In this document: positions 9,755-19,579 of the stretch, in pieces
Position numbering within the stretch: position 1 is the first letter of the stretch
Layout: each line of letters begins with the position of its first letter
IMG/VR virus record: IMGVR_UViG_3300043464_001367
Location: 1 to 61,911 of that record
Strand: one strand, 5' to 3'
Length of the DNA stretch: 61,911 nucleotides
DNA from: a virus
Lineage: Duplodnaviria > Caudoviricetes
Program-made: the position numbers and the translations under genes
Notes under the pieces: model-generated
What the model was told of the DNA's origin: nothing
What the model saw: only the letters and a program-made list of their open reading frames with translations
Databases searched by the model: none

Positions 9755-10132
9755 GTGGAAAAGGTTTCAATGATGAACATACCAGTCAATCTTAAACAGA
9801 GAATTGATGAGGTAGCTGACTATGTGGGGAATACCACAACAGACTATCTCACCGTGAAACGACAACTGATCAACAACTTCCCCTCCTCTTCCCGCTCTCT
9901 CTTCTCCGCTCGACACCCCTGCACTAAAAAACATCAACTCAATGATTTCGATCATGCTGTGATCCTCTACTGGTTTGAGCAGACAGGGATTCGATTAAGA
10001 ATTGATCAAGAAAAACTGCATGATCCCGAATGGGAACACAGGAAAAAGGGTTGGGCGCTTACCCTACTTAATGAAGAACGACGCCATGCCAAATCACCCA
10101 AACAACAATCATGCAAACCAACTGGTTCTTGA
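9755..10132 (+). CDS. Hypothetical protein
   Basis: ORF divergent from portal; start may be ATG 9770 after an AAAGG RBS. Confidence 0.55.
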   Translation: MEKVSMMNIPVNLKQRIDEVADYVGNTTTDYLTVKRQLINNFPSSSRSLFSARHPCTKKHQLNDFDHAVILYWFEQTGIRLRIDQEKLHDPEWEHRKKGWALTLLNEERRHAKSPKQQSCKPTGS

Positions 10133-11090
10133 ATTCATAGAAGTGGTTCTTAACGAAGAAAGCGGAAACCCTCTCTACAACACATTTGTTCAACCATTCG
10201 TTGATGTTGGTACGACTGCTGCTTATGGTGTTGAACGACTATCGGCTCAAGTTCAAACCGTTGTCATGGGTTTCTTGTTTGGACTTCCAACACTGTTTGT
10301 TCCATTCCTTGAATACGACTACGAATCCTTCAGAGAAGAAGAGTTTGAACGAGTAGAGCAAATAAAAAAGAAATACGAGAAGGTTTTCAAGGCGAACCTG
10401 GATGCCTTGCAGTCCAACGACGCTTTTGGTGTGGCTTTCTTGTTGGCTCCGTCTCAGGTGCTTGCAGCACAGCTTGCAGTCAAAGCTCCTTACATGGCTA
10501 TTAAAGCCCTTGACGTGCTTACTGGGGCCGCAGCGCCACCGTTAGCTAGATTGGGGCGGGCGCTCAGTGAACCTGCCTCTATTGGCTTCCATGACCCAGG
10601 AAGACACGTCCAAGGTGGTTGGGCTGGTGGTGCGGGTGGAGATTATGGAGGCGATGGCTTCTATGAATCAAAGAACAACCAAGAACCATCCAAAGACACA
10701 ACAGCCAAACTGATTGGCTTGCTTAAGAACAAAAAGATCCTTCGGCAGATCCAACAGAGTCCTGTTGCAAAACAGATGCGACAAGATGGAGTTGAAGTGA
10801 TTGTCAGCCATGTCAAGAGATTCTTGACTGCCAAGGACTATAACCAACTCAGGAAGTTAGCAACCAATGATGAAGGTTTCTCAGCCATCAGCGAAAAACT
10901 TCGTGGTTTGAATCAAACAGGAGAGATCCCAGCACAGGACAATCCTACTGTAACAGCAGCAATGGTTCCAGAACTTAAAAAGACCTACAGGGAATTCTGG
11001 GTTAAACAGCTTCAAACACTGATCAGTCAGTATCCTGAAGCCAAACAAGAGCTACTTCTGGGCATCAAACAAGTTCAAACTCTTTCCTGA
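10086..11090 (+). CDS. Hypothetical late protein
   Basis: Long ORF; start moved to 10086 because TACTTA lies at 10065-10070. Confidence 0.7.
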   Translation: MPNHPNNNHANQLVLEFIEVVLNEESGNPLYNTFVQPFVDVGTTAAYGVERLSAQVQTVVMGFLFGLPTLFVPFLEYDYESFREEEFERVEQIKKKYEKVFKANLDALQSNDAFGVAFLLAPSQVLAAQLAVKAPYMAIKALDVLTGAAAPPLARLGRALSEPASIGFHDPGRHVQGGWAGGAGGDYGGDGFYESKNNQEPSKDTTAKLIGLLKNKKILRQIQQSPVAKQMRQDGVEVIVSHVKRFLTAKDYNQLRKLATNDEGFSAISEKLRGLNQTGEIPAQDNPTVTAAMVPELKKTYREFWVKQLQTLISQYPEAKQELLLGIKQVQTLS

Positions 11091-11157
11091 TCTCTCTATA
11101 CAACATTGAAATAAAAACTGCATTCTAACCCAAAACCAGAAAGGGTTAAAAGCAATA

Positions 11158-11442
11158 ATGTCCCGTAATTCACACGATGAAGGGCATGGAGTTGATTCCA
11201 TGCCAGCAGGCATCACAGAACTAGAACCTCTGATTCGAGATTTCATCGAGAAACTGAAGAGAATCAAGAATGAGCAAGAAATACTGAAACAAGATGAAAA
11301 AGACTTGTTGGAAGAATATGCTGAAAAACTTGACATGAAGACCCTCAAGGCTGCAATGCGAGTTGTTGCAGTAAGAGAGAAGGTTGAACGCAAAGATACG
11401 TTTGACACCTTGGTTGAAGTCTTGGAAAGAATCGGGGAGTGA
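11158..11442 (+). CDS. GapR/DUF2312- or T4 DsbA-like dsDNA-binding protein
   Basis: IRDFIEKLKRIKNEQEILKQDEKDLLEEY..DMKTLKAAMRV resembles the GapR/DsbA helical pattern. Confidence 0.6.
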   Translation: MSRNSHDEGHGVDSMPAGITELEPLIRDFIEKLKRIKNEQEILKQDEKDLLEEYAEKLDMKTLKAAMRVVAVREKVERKDTFDTLVEVLERIGE

Positions 11443-11847
11443 TTGCAGATGCCACCCGCAGAGAAATATGAACTGCCAGAGATCTGTTATGACGAACCAG
11501 TCAACGGACAGCCAGCCAATCCATTTCCTTTCATCTCCATCAAAAAAGCAGCAAAACCACCAGTGGTTCTGTTTATTGAGATAAGACAGGAGACAGGTGA
11601 GACTGAACCTGGTCCTGATGGTCGGCCTCAAGAGATTGTGGATTGTTTGATGCACAAGTATGTTGATCTTGAAAGCCTCAAAGAAAAACTGCCACCACAT
11701 CTCAATGACATGGTGAGAACTGCACTTGGAATGAAACCTCTCAAAGAAGCACAAGCTGCTGGGCAGGTCATTCTTGACAGAGCTACTGAGAACGCAAAGA
11801 AGAACAAAGTTGACAGCATCAAAGCAAAGAAAGATCAAAAACAATGA
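11443..11847 (+). CDS. Hypothetical protein
   Basis: ORF in a tightly packed operon, GGAG RBS. Confidence 0.7.
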   Translation: MQMPPAEKYELPEICYDEPVNGQPANPFPFISIKKAAKPPVVLFIEIRQETGETEPGPDGRPQEIVDCLMHKYVDLESLKEKLPPHLNDMVRTALGMKPLKEAQAAGQVILDRATENAKKNKVDSIKAKKDQKQ

Positions 11848-12044
11848 GATTGCACGCATCAGTGATTGAGAAACTTCTCTATATCGTTCAGAACTACGGT
11901 GGACACGAGCACGATCACAAACTTCGTCAGAAGTTTACAGAGATGGACTTGACACCCTATGAAAGACGAAACACCCCAGGTCAAGAAGTCATTCTGGTTC
12001 TAACAGAAGACTACATGAAGCAGCTTTCTGGAAACCCACGGTGA
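11844..12044 (+). CDS. Hypothetical protein
   Basis: ATGA overlap with upstream ORF. Confidence 0.6.
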   Translation: MRLHASVIEKLLYIVQNYGGHEHDHKLRQKFTEMDLTPYERRNTPGQEVILVLTEDYMKQLSGNPR

Positions 12045-12050
12045 TCTAAC

Positions 12051-12689
12051 ATGGCTGGCCAACAGACATATAACATGGGCCAGATAATCTATATCTTGTC
12101 CAACAAATCGCAAGCTGTTGTCCCAGCAATTGTGGAAGAACAAGTTGTGCGAAAGATCCGCAAAGCTGATGGTGTCCATGAGGTTGTGAGTTACAAACTC
12201 TGCATTGGCCCAAAGGAACGTCAGCAGGTTGTAGATCTAGCCAGAGTAGATGGTGAAGTGTTTGACTCTCTTGAGAGCATCAGAAGCATATTGGTTGAAC
12301 GACTAACTGTGTTTGTTGATGAACTCGTGAAGACAACTCAGAAGAACGTTTTGAACTGGTACGGAATTGCTCCCGACAATCAACTGATTGAAACAATTCA
12401 AAGCGATCAGAACTCTGGTGTGAAGTACGATCCAGCACAGCTTGTTCATGCTGTGAACAACAACTTGCCAATCCATGGATCTGTTACGCATGGGTTGCAA
12501 CTTCAACATCCTGTGCAGCCACAAGCGCCAGGAATTAACCAGCACTTAAGCATCAGAGACAACATCAGAGCCATGGTTGAAGAACCAGATGATGGAATGC
12601 AGGGATTGGCTCTGAATTCGAGTAACAACAGCAATGCCATGCAAACTGTGATTTTAGAAGATGGAACAAGAGTCCAAGTTAAACTGTAA
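12051..12689 (+). CDS. Hypothetical protein
   Basis: 212 aa ORF in operon upstream of groEL. Confidence 0.7.
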   Translation: MAGQQTYNMGQIIYILSNKSQAVVPAIVEEQVVRKIRKADGVHEVVSYKLCIGPKERQQVVDLARVDGEVFDSLESIRSILVERLTVFVDELVKTTQKNVLNWYGIAPDNQLIETIQSDQNSGVKYDPAQLVHAVNNNLPIHGSVTHGLQLQHPVQPQAPGINQHLSIRDNIRAMVEEPDDGMQGLALNSSNNSNAMQTVILEDGTRVQVKL

Positions 12690-12698
12690 GGAATAAAA

Positions 12699-14411
12699 GT
12701 GAATAAGTCAGCAACACAAGCATTAATGGCTGCTTCTCAAGGTGAAGTTCATCAAAAAGTTGTTTTTGGAAGCGAAGCACACACGCAGCTTTTGGAAGGT
12801 GCCACGATTCTAGCCAAAGCCGTTGGGTCCACAATGGGTCCATCGGGGCATAATGTTATTATTGATGGCACTGTGGGAGCACCTCTGATCACAAAAGACG
12901 GTGTTACCGTGGCACGTTCAATTACGTTGAAAGAACGACTTCCTTCCATGGGTGCCGAGCTCTTGAAAGAAGTTGCGTCTAAAACCAACGAGTTGGCAGG
13001 AGACGGCACAACTACCGCAACAGTTCTGGCACATGCAATGCTCAAGGAAGGCATCAAGATGATTGCCACAGGCAGAGATCCAATCTATGTCAAGAAGGGC
13101 ATGGACTTTGCAACAGAAAAGGTCATTGAGACTCTCAAGAAAAACTGCATTCCTGTTCGAAACGCACAGGACATCATCAATGTTGGAACGATCTCTGCAA
13201 ACGGAGATGTGAAGATTGGCGAACTGCTTTCCAGTGCAATCGACAAGGTGGGACAAGACGGCATCATCACGATTGAGCCAGGGAAGTCAACCCAGACAAC
13301 TTTGGAAGTGGCCGAAGGTATGCAGTTTGATGGTGGATATCTTTCACCATACTTTGTGACAAACACAGAGAAAAACACAGTGGAGCTTATCAACCCACTT
13401 GTGTTGTTGACAAACAGGAAGATTTCATCACTGGCTGATTTCATTCCAATTCTAGAGAAGGTGGCAAATGCGGATCGTCCACTTCTTGTTGTGGCAGATG
13501 ACGTTGAAGGAGAAGCTTTGCACACGTTGATTGTCAACAAGTTCAAAGGCACTCTCTTGTCTTGTGCTGTGAAAGCTCCTTCGTATGGAGAGAACAGAAC
13601 TGACATTCTTGGTGACATTGCCACTGTGGTTGGCGGAACTGTTCTTGATGCATCAAATGCTCAAGCGTTGAAAAGTTTGTCTGTGGAATCTCTTGGAGAG
13701 GCTTCCAAGGTTATTGTCACAAGAACCAACACCACCATTGTTGGTAATCAAACAGAGGCTTCAAAGAAGGCTATCGAAGAAAGAGTTAAAGGGCTAAGAA
13801 CCGCACTGAACTCGGACGGCTCTTTGGATGAGTTGCACATTGATCGCTACAAGAAGAGGCTTGCCAAGCTGGCTGGTGGTGTTGCAGTTGTCAAAGTAGG
13901 TGGTTCTACAGAAGTCGAAATCCTTGAAAAGAAGGACCGTGTAGAAGACGCTTTGAACGCAACGGTTGCTGCTGCTCAAGAAGGAATTGTTCCAGGTGGA
14001 GGATCTGCTTTGTTCTATGCACAGAAAGAAGTGGAAAACCAACTCAGTGAAAACACCTCGAAGGGATGGGGAGAAGACTTTCGTGCGGGTGTTCAAGTGA
14101 TCTTGAACTCTTGCAAGGTGCCTCTCTACACAATTGTTGCCAACACAGGCAAGTCACCCGAGGTTGTGATGGATAAGCTTTCGAACCACAGAGAAACTGC
14201 TGTCTATCATACGGATAAAGCCAAGAACCAAGAAAACAAACGCTATGGTTATGATGCAGCCAATGGCGAATATGGTGATTTGATAGACAAAGGCATCATT
14301 GATCCTGTTAAAGTAACACGTTATGCTCTTGAACATGCAACTTCTGTTGTTGGTTTGATGCTAACATGCAACGCAGTAGTCTTGAATGAGAAAGACAAGT
14401 CGGATAGCTGA
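12699..14411 (+). CDS. groEL: Chaperonin GroEL (phage-encoded)
   Basis: TMGPSG, ITKDGVTVA, AGDGTTTATVLA, EGMQFDGGYLSPYF, LAKLAGGVAVVKVG, EKKDRVEDALNAT, GIVPGGG, GIIDPVKVTR. Confidence 0.97.
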   Translation: MNKSATQALMAASQGEVHQKVVFGSEAHTQLLEGATILAKAVGSTMGPSGHNVIIDGTVGAPLITKDGVTVARSITLKERLPSMGAELLKEVASKTNELAGDGTTTATVLAHAMLKEGIKMIATGRDPIYVKKGMDFATEKVIETLKKNCIPVRNAQDIINVGTISANGDVKIGELLSSAIDKVGQDGIITIEPGKSTQTTLEVAEGMQFDGGYLSPYFVTNTEKNTVELINPLVLLTNRKISSLADFIPILEKVANADRPLLVVADDVEGEALHTLIVNKFKGTLLSCAVKAPSYGENRTDILGDIATVVGGTVLDASNAQALKSLSVESLGEASKVIVTRTNTTIVGNQTEASKKAIEERVKGLRTALNSDGSLDELHIDRYKKRLAKLAGGVAVVKVGGSTEVEILEKKDRVEDALNATVAAAQEGIVPGGGSALFYAQKEVENQLSENTSKGWGEDFRAGVQVILNSCKVPLYTIVANTGKSPEVVMDKLSNHRETAVYHTDKAKNQENKRYGYDAANGEYGDLIDKGIIDPVKVTRYALEHATSVVGLMLTCNAVVLNEKDKSDS

Positions 14412-14447
14412 TTAACCGTTTTAAAGAAAGAAGAACAAGGAAACAAC

Positions 14448-14678
14448 ATGGCATTCACAAACGAGCAAGAGATGCTTCAGGCAATTGTTGAGATGATCGA
14501 GCAATCAACAGGATTGGTTCTTGATCAAGAACATGTGAAGGAGCTTCTTATTGAAGTTCAGAGAGAGCAGCTTAAGGGATTCGTCTACAGAGCTTTCATG
14601 GCGTTGAACCAAGCACAGGCAGAAGCCGCAACTTCAACAGAGGAACCTGCCAATGGTGGTGTTGAGAGTAACGCCTGA
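14448..14678 (+). CDS. Hypothetical protein
   Basis: AAGGA RBS, 76 aa. Confidence 0.65.
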   Translation: MAFTNEQEMLQAIVEMIEQSTGLVLDQEHVKELLIEVQREQLKGFVYRAFMALNQAQAEAATSTEEPANGGVESNA

Positions 14679-14892
14679 GTTCCTAGAGGATGCCTATGCT
14701 TTCTGGGGTTATACCCCAGAGATCTTTAGACAACAGCTAATCCAACTCACAGGCAAACAATCAAGAGTGGATGTCATAGATTGGCTTTACGAACCTGACC
14801 CACTTGATGAGGGTGATGAAGAAGCAACTCTTCACATAACCGATTCAGGAGTTATTAGTTTAAGAAAGAAAGAAACAGATGGCACAAGGTGA
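14653..14892 (+). CDS. Hypothetical protein
   Basis: Fills the gap between neighbours with short overlaps. Confidence 0.55.
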   Translation: MVVLRVTPEFLEDAYAFWGYTPEIFRQQLIQLTGKQSRVDVIDWLYEPDPLDEGDEEATLHITDSGVISLRKKETDGTR

Positions 14893-15229
14893 CAGAGTAA
14901 GAATTGGTGATGGATCAACCTGGGATGATTCTGTGATCGTTTCAGTATACGCCCCAAACTGGAATCCACACGGAGAGCTAAGTTTGGATCACTTTGGAGC
15001 CGCTCAGATCACAAGACTGGGTGGCGTCAAGGGTGGAACCACGGGAGTGATTGCGGGGCCTTCGATCAAGGTTCACAGAACTCAGTTGATTGGTGAAGCA
15101 AATGTTCCAAACATGGGAGGCTTAGACCTCATTCACCTGTTTCCTGTTCAGCTTGATCACTACATGCAGATCGGTTGGGTTCCAACACACCACATCAGAG
15201 TGATTGGTGGAGATGTCTTCAGACCTTGA
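14879..15229 (+). CDS. Hypothetical protein
   Basis: 116 aa ORF converging on the Dps-like gene. Confidence 0.65.
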   Translation: MAQGDRVRIGDGSTWDDSVIVSVYAPNWNPHGELSLDHFGAAQITRLGGVKGGTTGVIAGPSIKVHRTQLIGEANVPNMGGLDLIHLFPVQLDHYMQIGWVPTHHIRVIGGDVFRP

Positions 15230-15773
15230 TCTGTGCCAACCTTTGTTTCAGAAGATAGACGTGTGTTTCGTGTCTATCCAGAATCCCACCCATCAAGTTT
15301 TCCAATCCAGTTGTAAGCAACCCGGCTTCTTGCAGGCGTTTGCTGACTCCTTCACCAACATGAATAAAAGCCAGTTCTGACAAGAACGAAACAACCAAGG
15401 GCTGTTTCTGCTTGTCGCTCAGTGCTTCCATGAAAGCTCGCATGTGATCTACTTGCAAGAAGTAGTTTGTGAGTGCTGGCGAATCAAGAGCTATGATCTT
15501 CTCACCCAAACTGTCAACCTCATCTTGAGTTGCTTCATAGATCTTCTTCAGTAACTCATGATCTCCGTAGTAAGAAGTCCCCATCGCTTGCCAGTGATGA
15601 GAGTGGTGGATCATCATCAGAGCGCGCATAAAACCCAACCAGACGGCCAAGTCAGCATACTGGTAGTCTTTCCCGTCGTAGACAGCCATCTGGCTCTGCA
15701 TGAGCTCCTGGGCGGCATAGCGACTCTGTTTGTAGTCTTGATGCGAAACTGCTTCAACTAAACGTCTTTTCAT
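15219..15773 (-). CDS. Dps/ferritin-like protein
   Basis: HHSHHWQAMGTSYYGDHELLKKIYE..DEVDSLGE matches the Dps HW..G..H..Y..D..E ferroxidase pattern; C-terminal HETHVYLL. Confidence 0.75.
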   Translation of the reverse strand: MKRRLVEAVSHQDYKQSRYAAQELMQSQMAVYDGKDYQYADLAVWLGFMRALMMIHHSHHWQAMGTSYYGDHELLKKIYEATQDEVDSLGEKIIALDSPALTNYFLQVDHMRAFMEALSDKQKQPLVVSFLSELAFIHVGEGVSKRLQEAGLLTTGLENLMGGILDRHETHVYLLKQRLAQIKV

Positions 15774-15787
15774 GTTTTTACCAAAGG

Positions 15788-15806
15788 TAAGTAGCCGCTC
15801 TACTTA
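15788..15806. promoter_or_regulatory. Back-to-back TACTTA motifs between divergent genes
   Basis: TAAGTA at 15788-15793 (minus strand TACTTA) and TACTTA at 15801-15806. Confidence 0.65.
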
Positions 15807-15828
15807 CCAACACACAGGAAGATAAAAA

Positions 15829-16272
15829 ATGCCATTTCAACCACCGGGCGGGGGACTTAACAATACCGCAGAATACATGACATCAGGACTGCCATGGGTT
15901 TCTTCTTCATTCCTATCAAGCGGTTCTATCTGGAAAATTGAGTTTCCTTATGTGACAAATCACCTAAAAGTTCAGTTGCATGGTGGAAACAACACATCAC
16001 TTGCTTTTGGATTCACGCTTTCGGGTGTATTGAACCACAACAACATGGTTTTAAACGCTACGTCACAAGGTGTCGATTCTTTCAGTGAGCACGTTAGAGT
16101 TAAAACTCTATATGTTGTTGGTCGTTCCAACAACATCACAGCAAGCGTGTTTGCTGGTCTTACAACCATTCCGACAAAAAACTTCCCAACACTGACTGGT
16201 TCTGCACCAGTTGCTTATGATCCAACTGGTAGTGTCTACGAAAACTATCTTAGCTATCCTGGGTTGGGTTGA
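15829..16272 (+). CDS. Probable virion structural protein
   Basis: Beta-rich, Ser/Thr/Gly-rich 147 aa ORF under a TACTTA motif. Confidence 0.55.
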   Translation: MPFQPPGGGLNNTAEYMTSGLPWVSSSFLSSGSIWKIEFPYVTNHLKVQLHGGNNTSLAFGFTLSGVLNHNNMVLNATSQGVDSFSEHVRVKTLYVVGRSNNITASVFAGLTTIPTKNFPTLTGSAPVAYDPTGSVYENYLSYPGLG

Positions 16273-16388
16273 TTCCTGCCTGTTTCTCTTTTTGCCTCTC
16301 CTGCTCTATTAACCCATAAGTGGAACACAACCAGAGAGGGGAGGGAGAGGTGTATTGTTCTATACCTGCATGTTACCAATGAGAAGCA

Positions 16389-18257
16389 ATGACAACTCTT
16401 GATGAGATCATAGGGTTTTTTTCTCAGAATCAAATCCCTGTCCTACCTTGTTTTGGTATTTTGAATGGCATCTGCACTTGTAGAAAAGGAGGAAGGTGTC
16501 CTAGTCCTGGGAAACATCCATTGATGTTCAGGTGGCAGATGTTGGCAAGTTGCGACAAGGACACAATCAAGGGGTGGGTATCTGGGAAGGGTAAGCCAGT
16601 AAACCTGGCTATTCGTACTGGTACAAAAAACCCTTTAACTGGGAAGTATCTTGTTGGAACTGATCTGGATCTTGTTGATCATCCCATGAAAGAAAGGCTG
16701 AGTCAGTACAGCACCACGGTTACTCAGCAAAGTGGCAGTGGTGGTGCTCATGCGTTCTATTGGTCTGATCTACCTGTTCGAAACTCTGTGCAACTTGTTG
16801 ATGAAAAGATGGATATCAGGGGTTCTGGTGGAATCATTGTGATTGCACCAAGTCTTCACAAAAGCGGAAATCGCTATCAGTTTACCTGTGACTTAAAAAC
16901 AACCAAGATCCAAGACCTACCTGATTTCATTGTAAAGAAACTAAGAATCAACAGTGTTAAACCAAAGAAGTCTGAGGCCAAAAGAGAAGCAGCAGAAACA
17001 CCTGTTGCAAACAACTCCGAGATATACAGTTATTGGAGTCAACTCTCTATTCCAGCAATCAGAAACGCTATGCTCAATGGGAAGAAAGTTCCAAGTGGTG
17101 TTAGAAATGCCACCATGCACAGGCTTTTATCTTCCGACAGAGCCAAGGGTGTTCCATCATCAGCAAAGTTGATGATCAAAGCATTGGAGTACCTTCCACA
17201 CTTTGAAAACTCGGAAACCTTCTTGGAGGAAGTGGACATGGTTGTAAAATCAGTGATGCGATATCCTGCATACAACAACTCTCACGAAAAAGTGAATCAA
17301 CTCTATGTGGGCTGGTTAGAGAAGAATGGCTACAAGTCGGATTGCGACCTTGAACGACTACAAGACCTAGACAGGAAGTTCTTCGAAACTCTAGAGCCTG
17401 CTTCTCCAATTGACCATGGAGTCCCTCTCAGTGAGATTGCTGAGAGAAGAGTTGCTTTCATGAAGTCTTCTGGTGTTGACAAGTTCGCCACATACAAACC
17501 GCAACTCTTGGCAAAGAAGTTGCAATCCCTTGGAATCCAGCGTAGAAGAACCTCGAAGAGCAACAGTTGGCAGGTTCGGTTTAAAGACAAAATGGAGTTT
17601 ACTCCTGCAACTCTGTCGTGCGAAACTGAGACAAGGAGCGTGCTTGACATGACAACCGCAGAAAAACTATCACCAGACAATCTGAAAGATGGAGATATCA
17701 TCGAACTTAATGGCGAGAAAGTTCGAGTTGAACTGGTTCACACAAAGACACCTGTTCGTGTTCACCCAAGAGAGCATCTCTACCAAGGCAGGAAGGGCTA
17801 TGAGTACAACAAGGCTTTGTTGCAACTTCTTGGTCGAATGACAGAAGAGCAGAAGAGCGAACTAGCTGAACAAGAACAAGGCACTCTTCTGATGAACAAA
17901 GAGAAGACGGTTGAGTGGATGACATCAACCCAGCCAGGGGATGTGATCGGTGTTGTTGACAGTTTGTACATCGTACTCCCCAACCCCCATCCAGACTATT
18001 CAGATCCAGATCTTGACTTGTTTGTAACACGAGCCCGTGCTGTTGGTGGCGAGCCAGGACTCTTTGGATCACTAAACCAAGAGGAACCCAAGCTGCTCAC
18101 AGTCTGGGAACTTGATCATGCAAGAGAGCTTGGGCTGCTTGACATTCTTTGGAGAAACGGGAAACCCTATGACTCGCCAGAGTTTGTAGACATGACTATT
18201 GTGATCACTCATCCTTTAGATGAAACTAAAACCAAGAAAAGGAAAACCAGCAAGTGA
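16389..18257 (+). CDS. Bifunctional primase/polymerase (Prim-Pol) domain protein with unknown C-terminal region
   Basis: CTC..CPSPGKHP, NLAIRTG, DLD, SGSGGAHAFY, DIRGSGGIIVIAPSLHKSGNRY motifs; GVRNATM resembles PriCT. Confidence 0.85.
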   Translation: MTTLDEIIGFFSQNQIPVLPCFGILNGICTCRKGGRCPSPGKHPLMFRWQMLASCDKDTIKGWVSGKGKPVNLAIRTGTKNPLTGKYLVGTDLDLVDHPMKERLSQYSTTVTQQSGSGGAHAFYWSDLPVRNSVQLVDEKMDIRGSGGIIVIAPSLHKSGNRYQFTCDLKTTKIQDLPDFIVKKLRINSVKPKKSEAKREAAETPVANNSEIYSYWSQLSIPAIRNAMLNGKKVPSGVRNATMHRLLSSDRAKGVPSSAKLMIKALEYLPHFENSETFLEEVDMVVKSVMRYPAYNNSHEKVNQLYVGWLEKNGYKSDCDLERLQDLDRKFFETLEPASPIDHGVPLSEIAERRVAFMKSSGVDKFATYKPQLLAKKLQSLGIQRRRTSKSNSWQVRFKDKMEFTPATLSCETETRSVLDMTTAEKLSPDNLKDGDIIELNGEKVRVELVHTKTPVRVHPREHLYQGRKGYEYNKALLQLLGRMTEEQKSELAEQEQGTLLMNKEKTVEWMTSTQPGDVIGVVDSLYIVLPNPHPDYSDPDLDLFVTRARAVGGEPGLFGSLNQEEPKLLTVWELDHARELGLLDILWRNGKPYDSPEFVDMTIVITHPLDETKTKKRKTSK

Positions 18258-19192
18258 CACAAACATTCAGCAGAAGCATCTTCTCAGGCATACCGCTTGA
18301 ATACTCAATACCACGAACAGCAAAGGTTGTTTTTGTCAACGACTTCTTCACAAGAGACGTTGAAGGAGGTGCTGAACTAACAACGGATGCAATCATCCAG
18401 AAGGCACCTGTCAAAGTTTTCAAGATGCACTCTGGTTCTGTAACCAGAAAACTACTTGATGCCAACAAGGACAAGTATTGGATCTTTGGCAACTTCACAA
18501 CTCTTCCTGATGGAATGACTCACTATATCCCAACAAGCGGAGTTCGTTACTCTATTGTAGAGTATGATTTCAAGTTTTGTGCTTATCGTTCCACAACAAG
18601 ACACCTGAAAGAGACAGGAGAGCCTTGCAACTGTCCAAAGGAACCTCACGGTCTTGATATTGCAAGGTTGTTTCGATCAGCCGAGAAGATCTTCTGGATG
18701 AGCGAAGGTCAGAAAAACTCGTGGATTGAAAACGTGCCAAGTGTTGCTGATCACCCATGCCACCTTGTTCTTTCATCCGTGTTTAAGGACAGCGATCTTG
18801 ATCTGTTTAAACACCTGAGAGAGACGGCTGGTGAAAGACTCCCAGAATGGGCAGTTCTTGGTTCTGGGTCATGGATCAAAGGAACAGAAGAAACACAGAA
18901 GTGGTGTAGGTTGAACAGAAAACCATTCAACGCTCTTCCAAAACTTCCATATGCCAAGTTCCTTGAACTGTTAAACAAACATCAAGGTTTCATCTTTATG
19001 CCCCTGGATAAAGATACATGTCCGAGAGTTACGATTGAAGCCAAACTGCTTGGTTTAAACCTTCACATGAACAACAACGTGCTGTCAAAGAATGATCCCT
19101 GGTTTGTTGGGACTCCAGAACAGTGTGATTCTTACCTGCGAACAAGAGCAGAGTGGTTCTGGAAGCAAGTGCTTCAGCCCAAGTCAGAATAG
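18254..19192 (+). CDS. Glycosyltransferase (GT-B/GT4-like)
   Basis: GGAELT N-terminal motif; DTCPRVTIEAKLLG resembles the GT4 E-x7-E region. Confidence 0.7.
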   Translation: MTQTFSRSIFSGIPLEYSIPRTAKVVFVNDFFTRDVEGGAELTTDAIIQKAPVKVFKMHSGSVTRKLLDANKDKYWIFGNFTTLPDGMTHYIPTSGVRYSIVEYDFKFCAYRSTTRHLKETGEPCNCPKEPHGLDIARLFRSAEKIFWMSEGQKNSWIENVPSVADHPCHLVLSSVFKDSDLDLFKHLRETAGERLPEWAVLGSGSWIKGTEETQKWCRLNRKPFNALPKLPYAKFLELLNKHQGFIFMPLDKDTCPRVTIEAKLLGLNLHMNNNVLSKNDPWFVGTPEQCDSYLRTRAEWFWKQVLQPKSE

Positions 19193-19539
19193 ATCTCTTT
19201 GTTTTCTCTTCCAAACCATCTGACAAGTCTTCCAGCATAAACATTCGCTTGATCTTCAAGTTTCTGATTGTCAGAGTCTTCAGGTCCGATCATGTTCAAC
19301 TCGTTCTGCCTGTGATGAGTCAACTCATGAGCCAACGTTCTCATCACATCAGCGATTGCTCTGTTTTTTACAGCACAGACAACCTTTCTCTCTGAAGGAA
19401 GATAACCTCCCGCACTTGGATAACTTGGATCGTGCTCAAACAAAAACACGATGTTTGCATTTGTTTCTATCTTTAACTCGGTTTTAACATAACGCAAAAA
19501 CTTCTGAAGAAGCTTCATGTTCTCAGGTGTGTTGATCAT
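19174..19539 (-). CDS. HExxH zinc metallopeptidase-like protein
   Basis: RTLAHELTHHRQ plus downstream EDQAN; start set at 19539 just after TAGTTA (19545-19550). Confidence 0.7.
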   Translation of the reverse strand: MINTPENMKLLQKFLRYVKTELKIETNANIVFLFEHDPSYPSAGGYLPSERKVVCAVKNRAIADVMRTLAHELTHHRQNELNMIGPEDSDNQKLEDQANVYAGRLVRWFGRENKEIYSDLG

Positions 19540-19543
19540 GGTG

Positions 19544-19572
19544 TTAACTATGGAACTTCTGTGTGCTATACT
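19544..19572 (+). promoter_or_regulatory. Sigma70-like promoter, probably leaderless, for IMPDH/GMPR gene
   Basis: TTAACT-17nt-TATACT with extended TG; ATG 7 nt downstream. Confidence 0.45.
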
Positions 19573-19579
19573 GTTGCAC

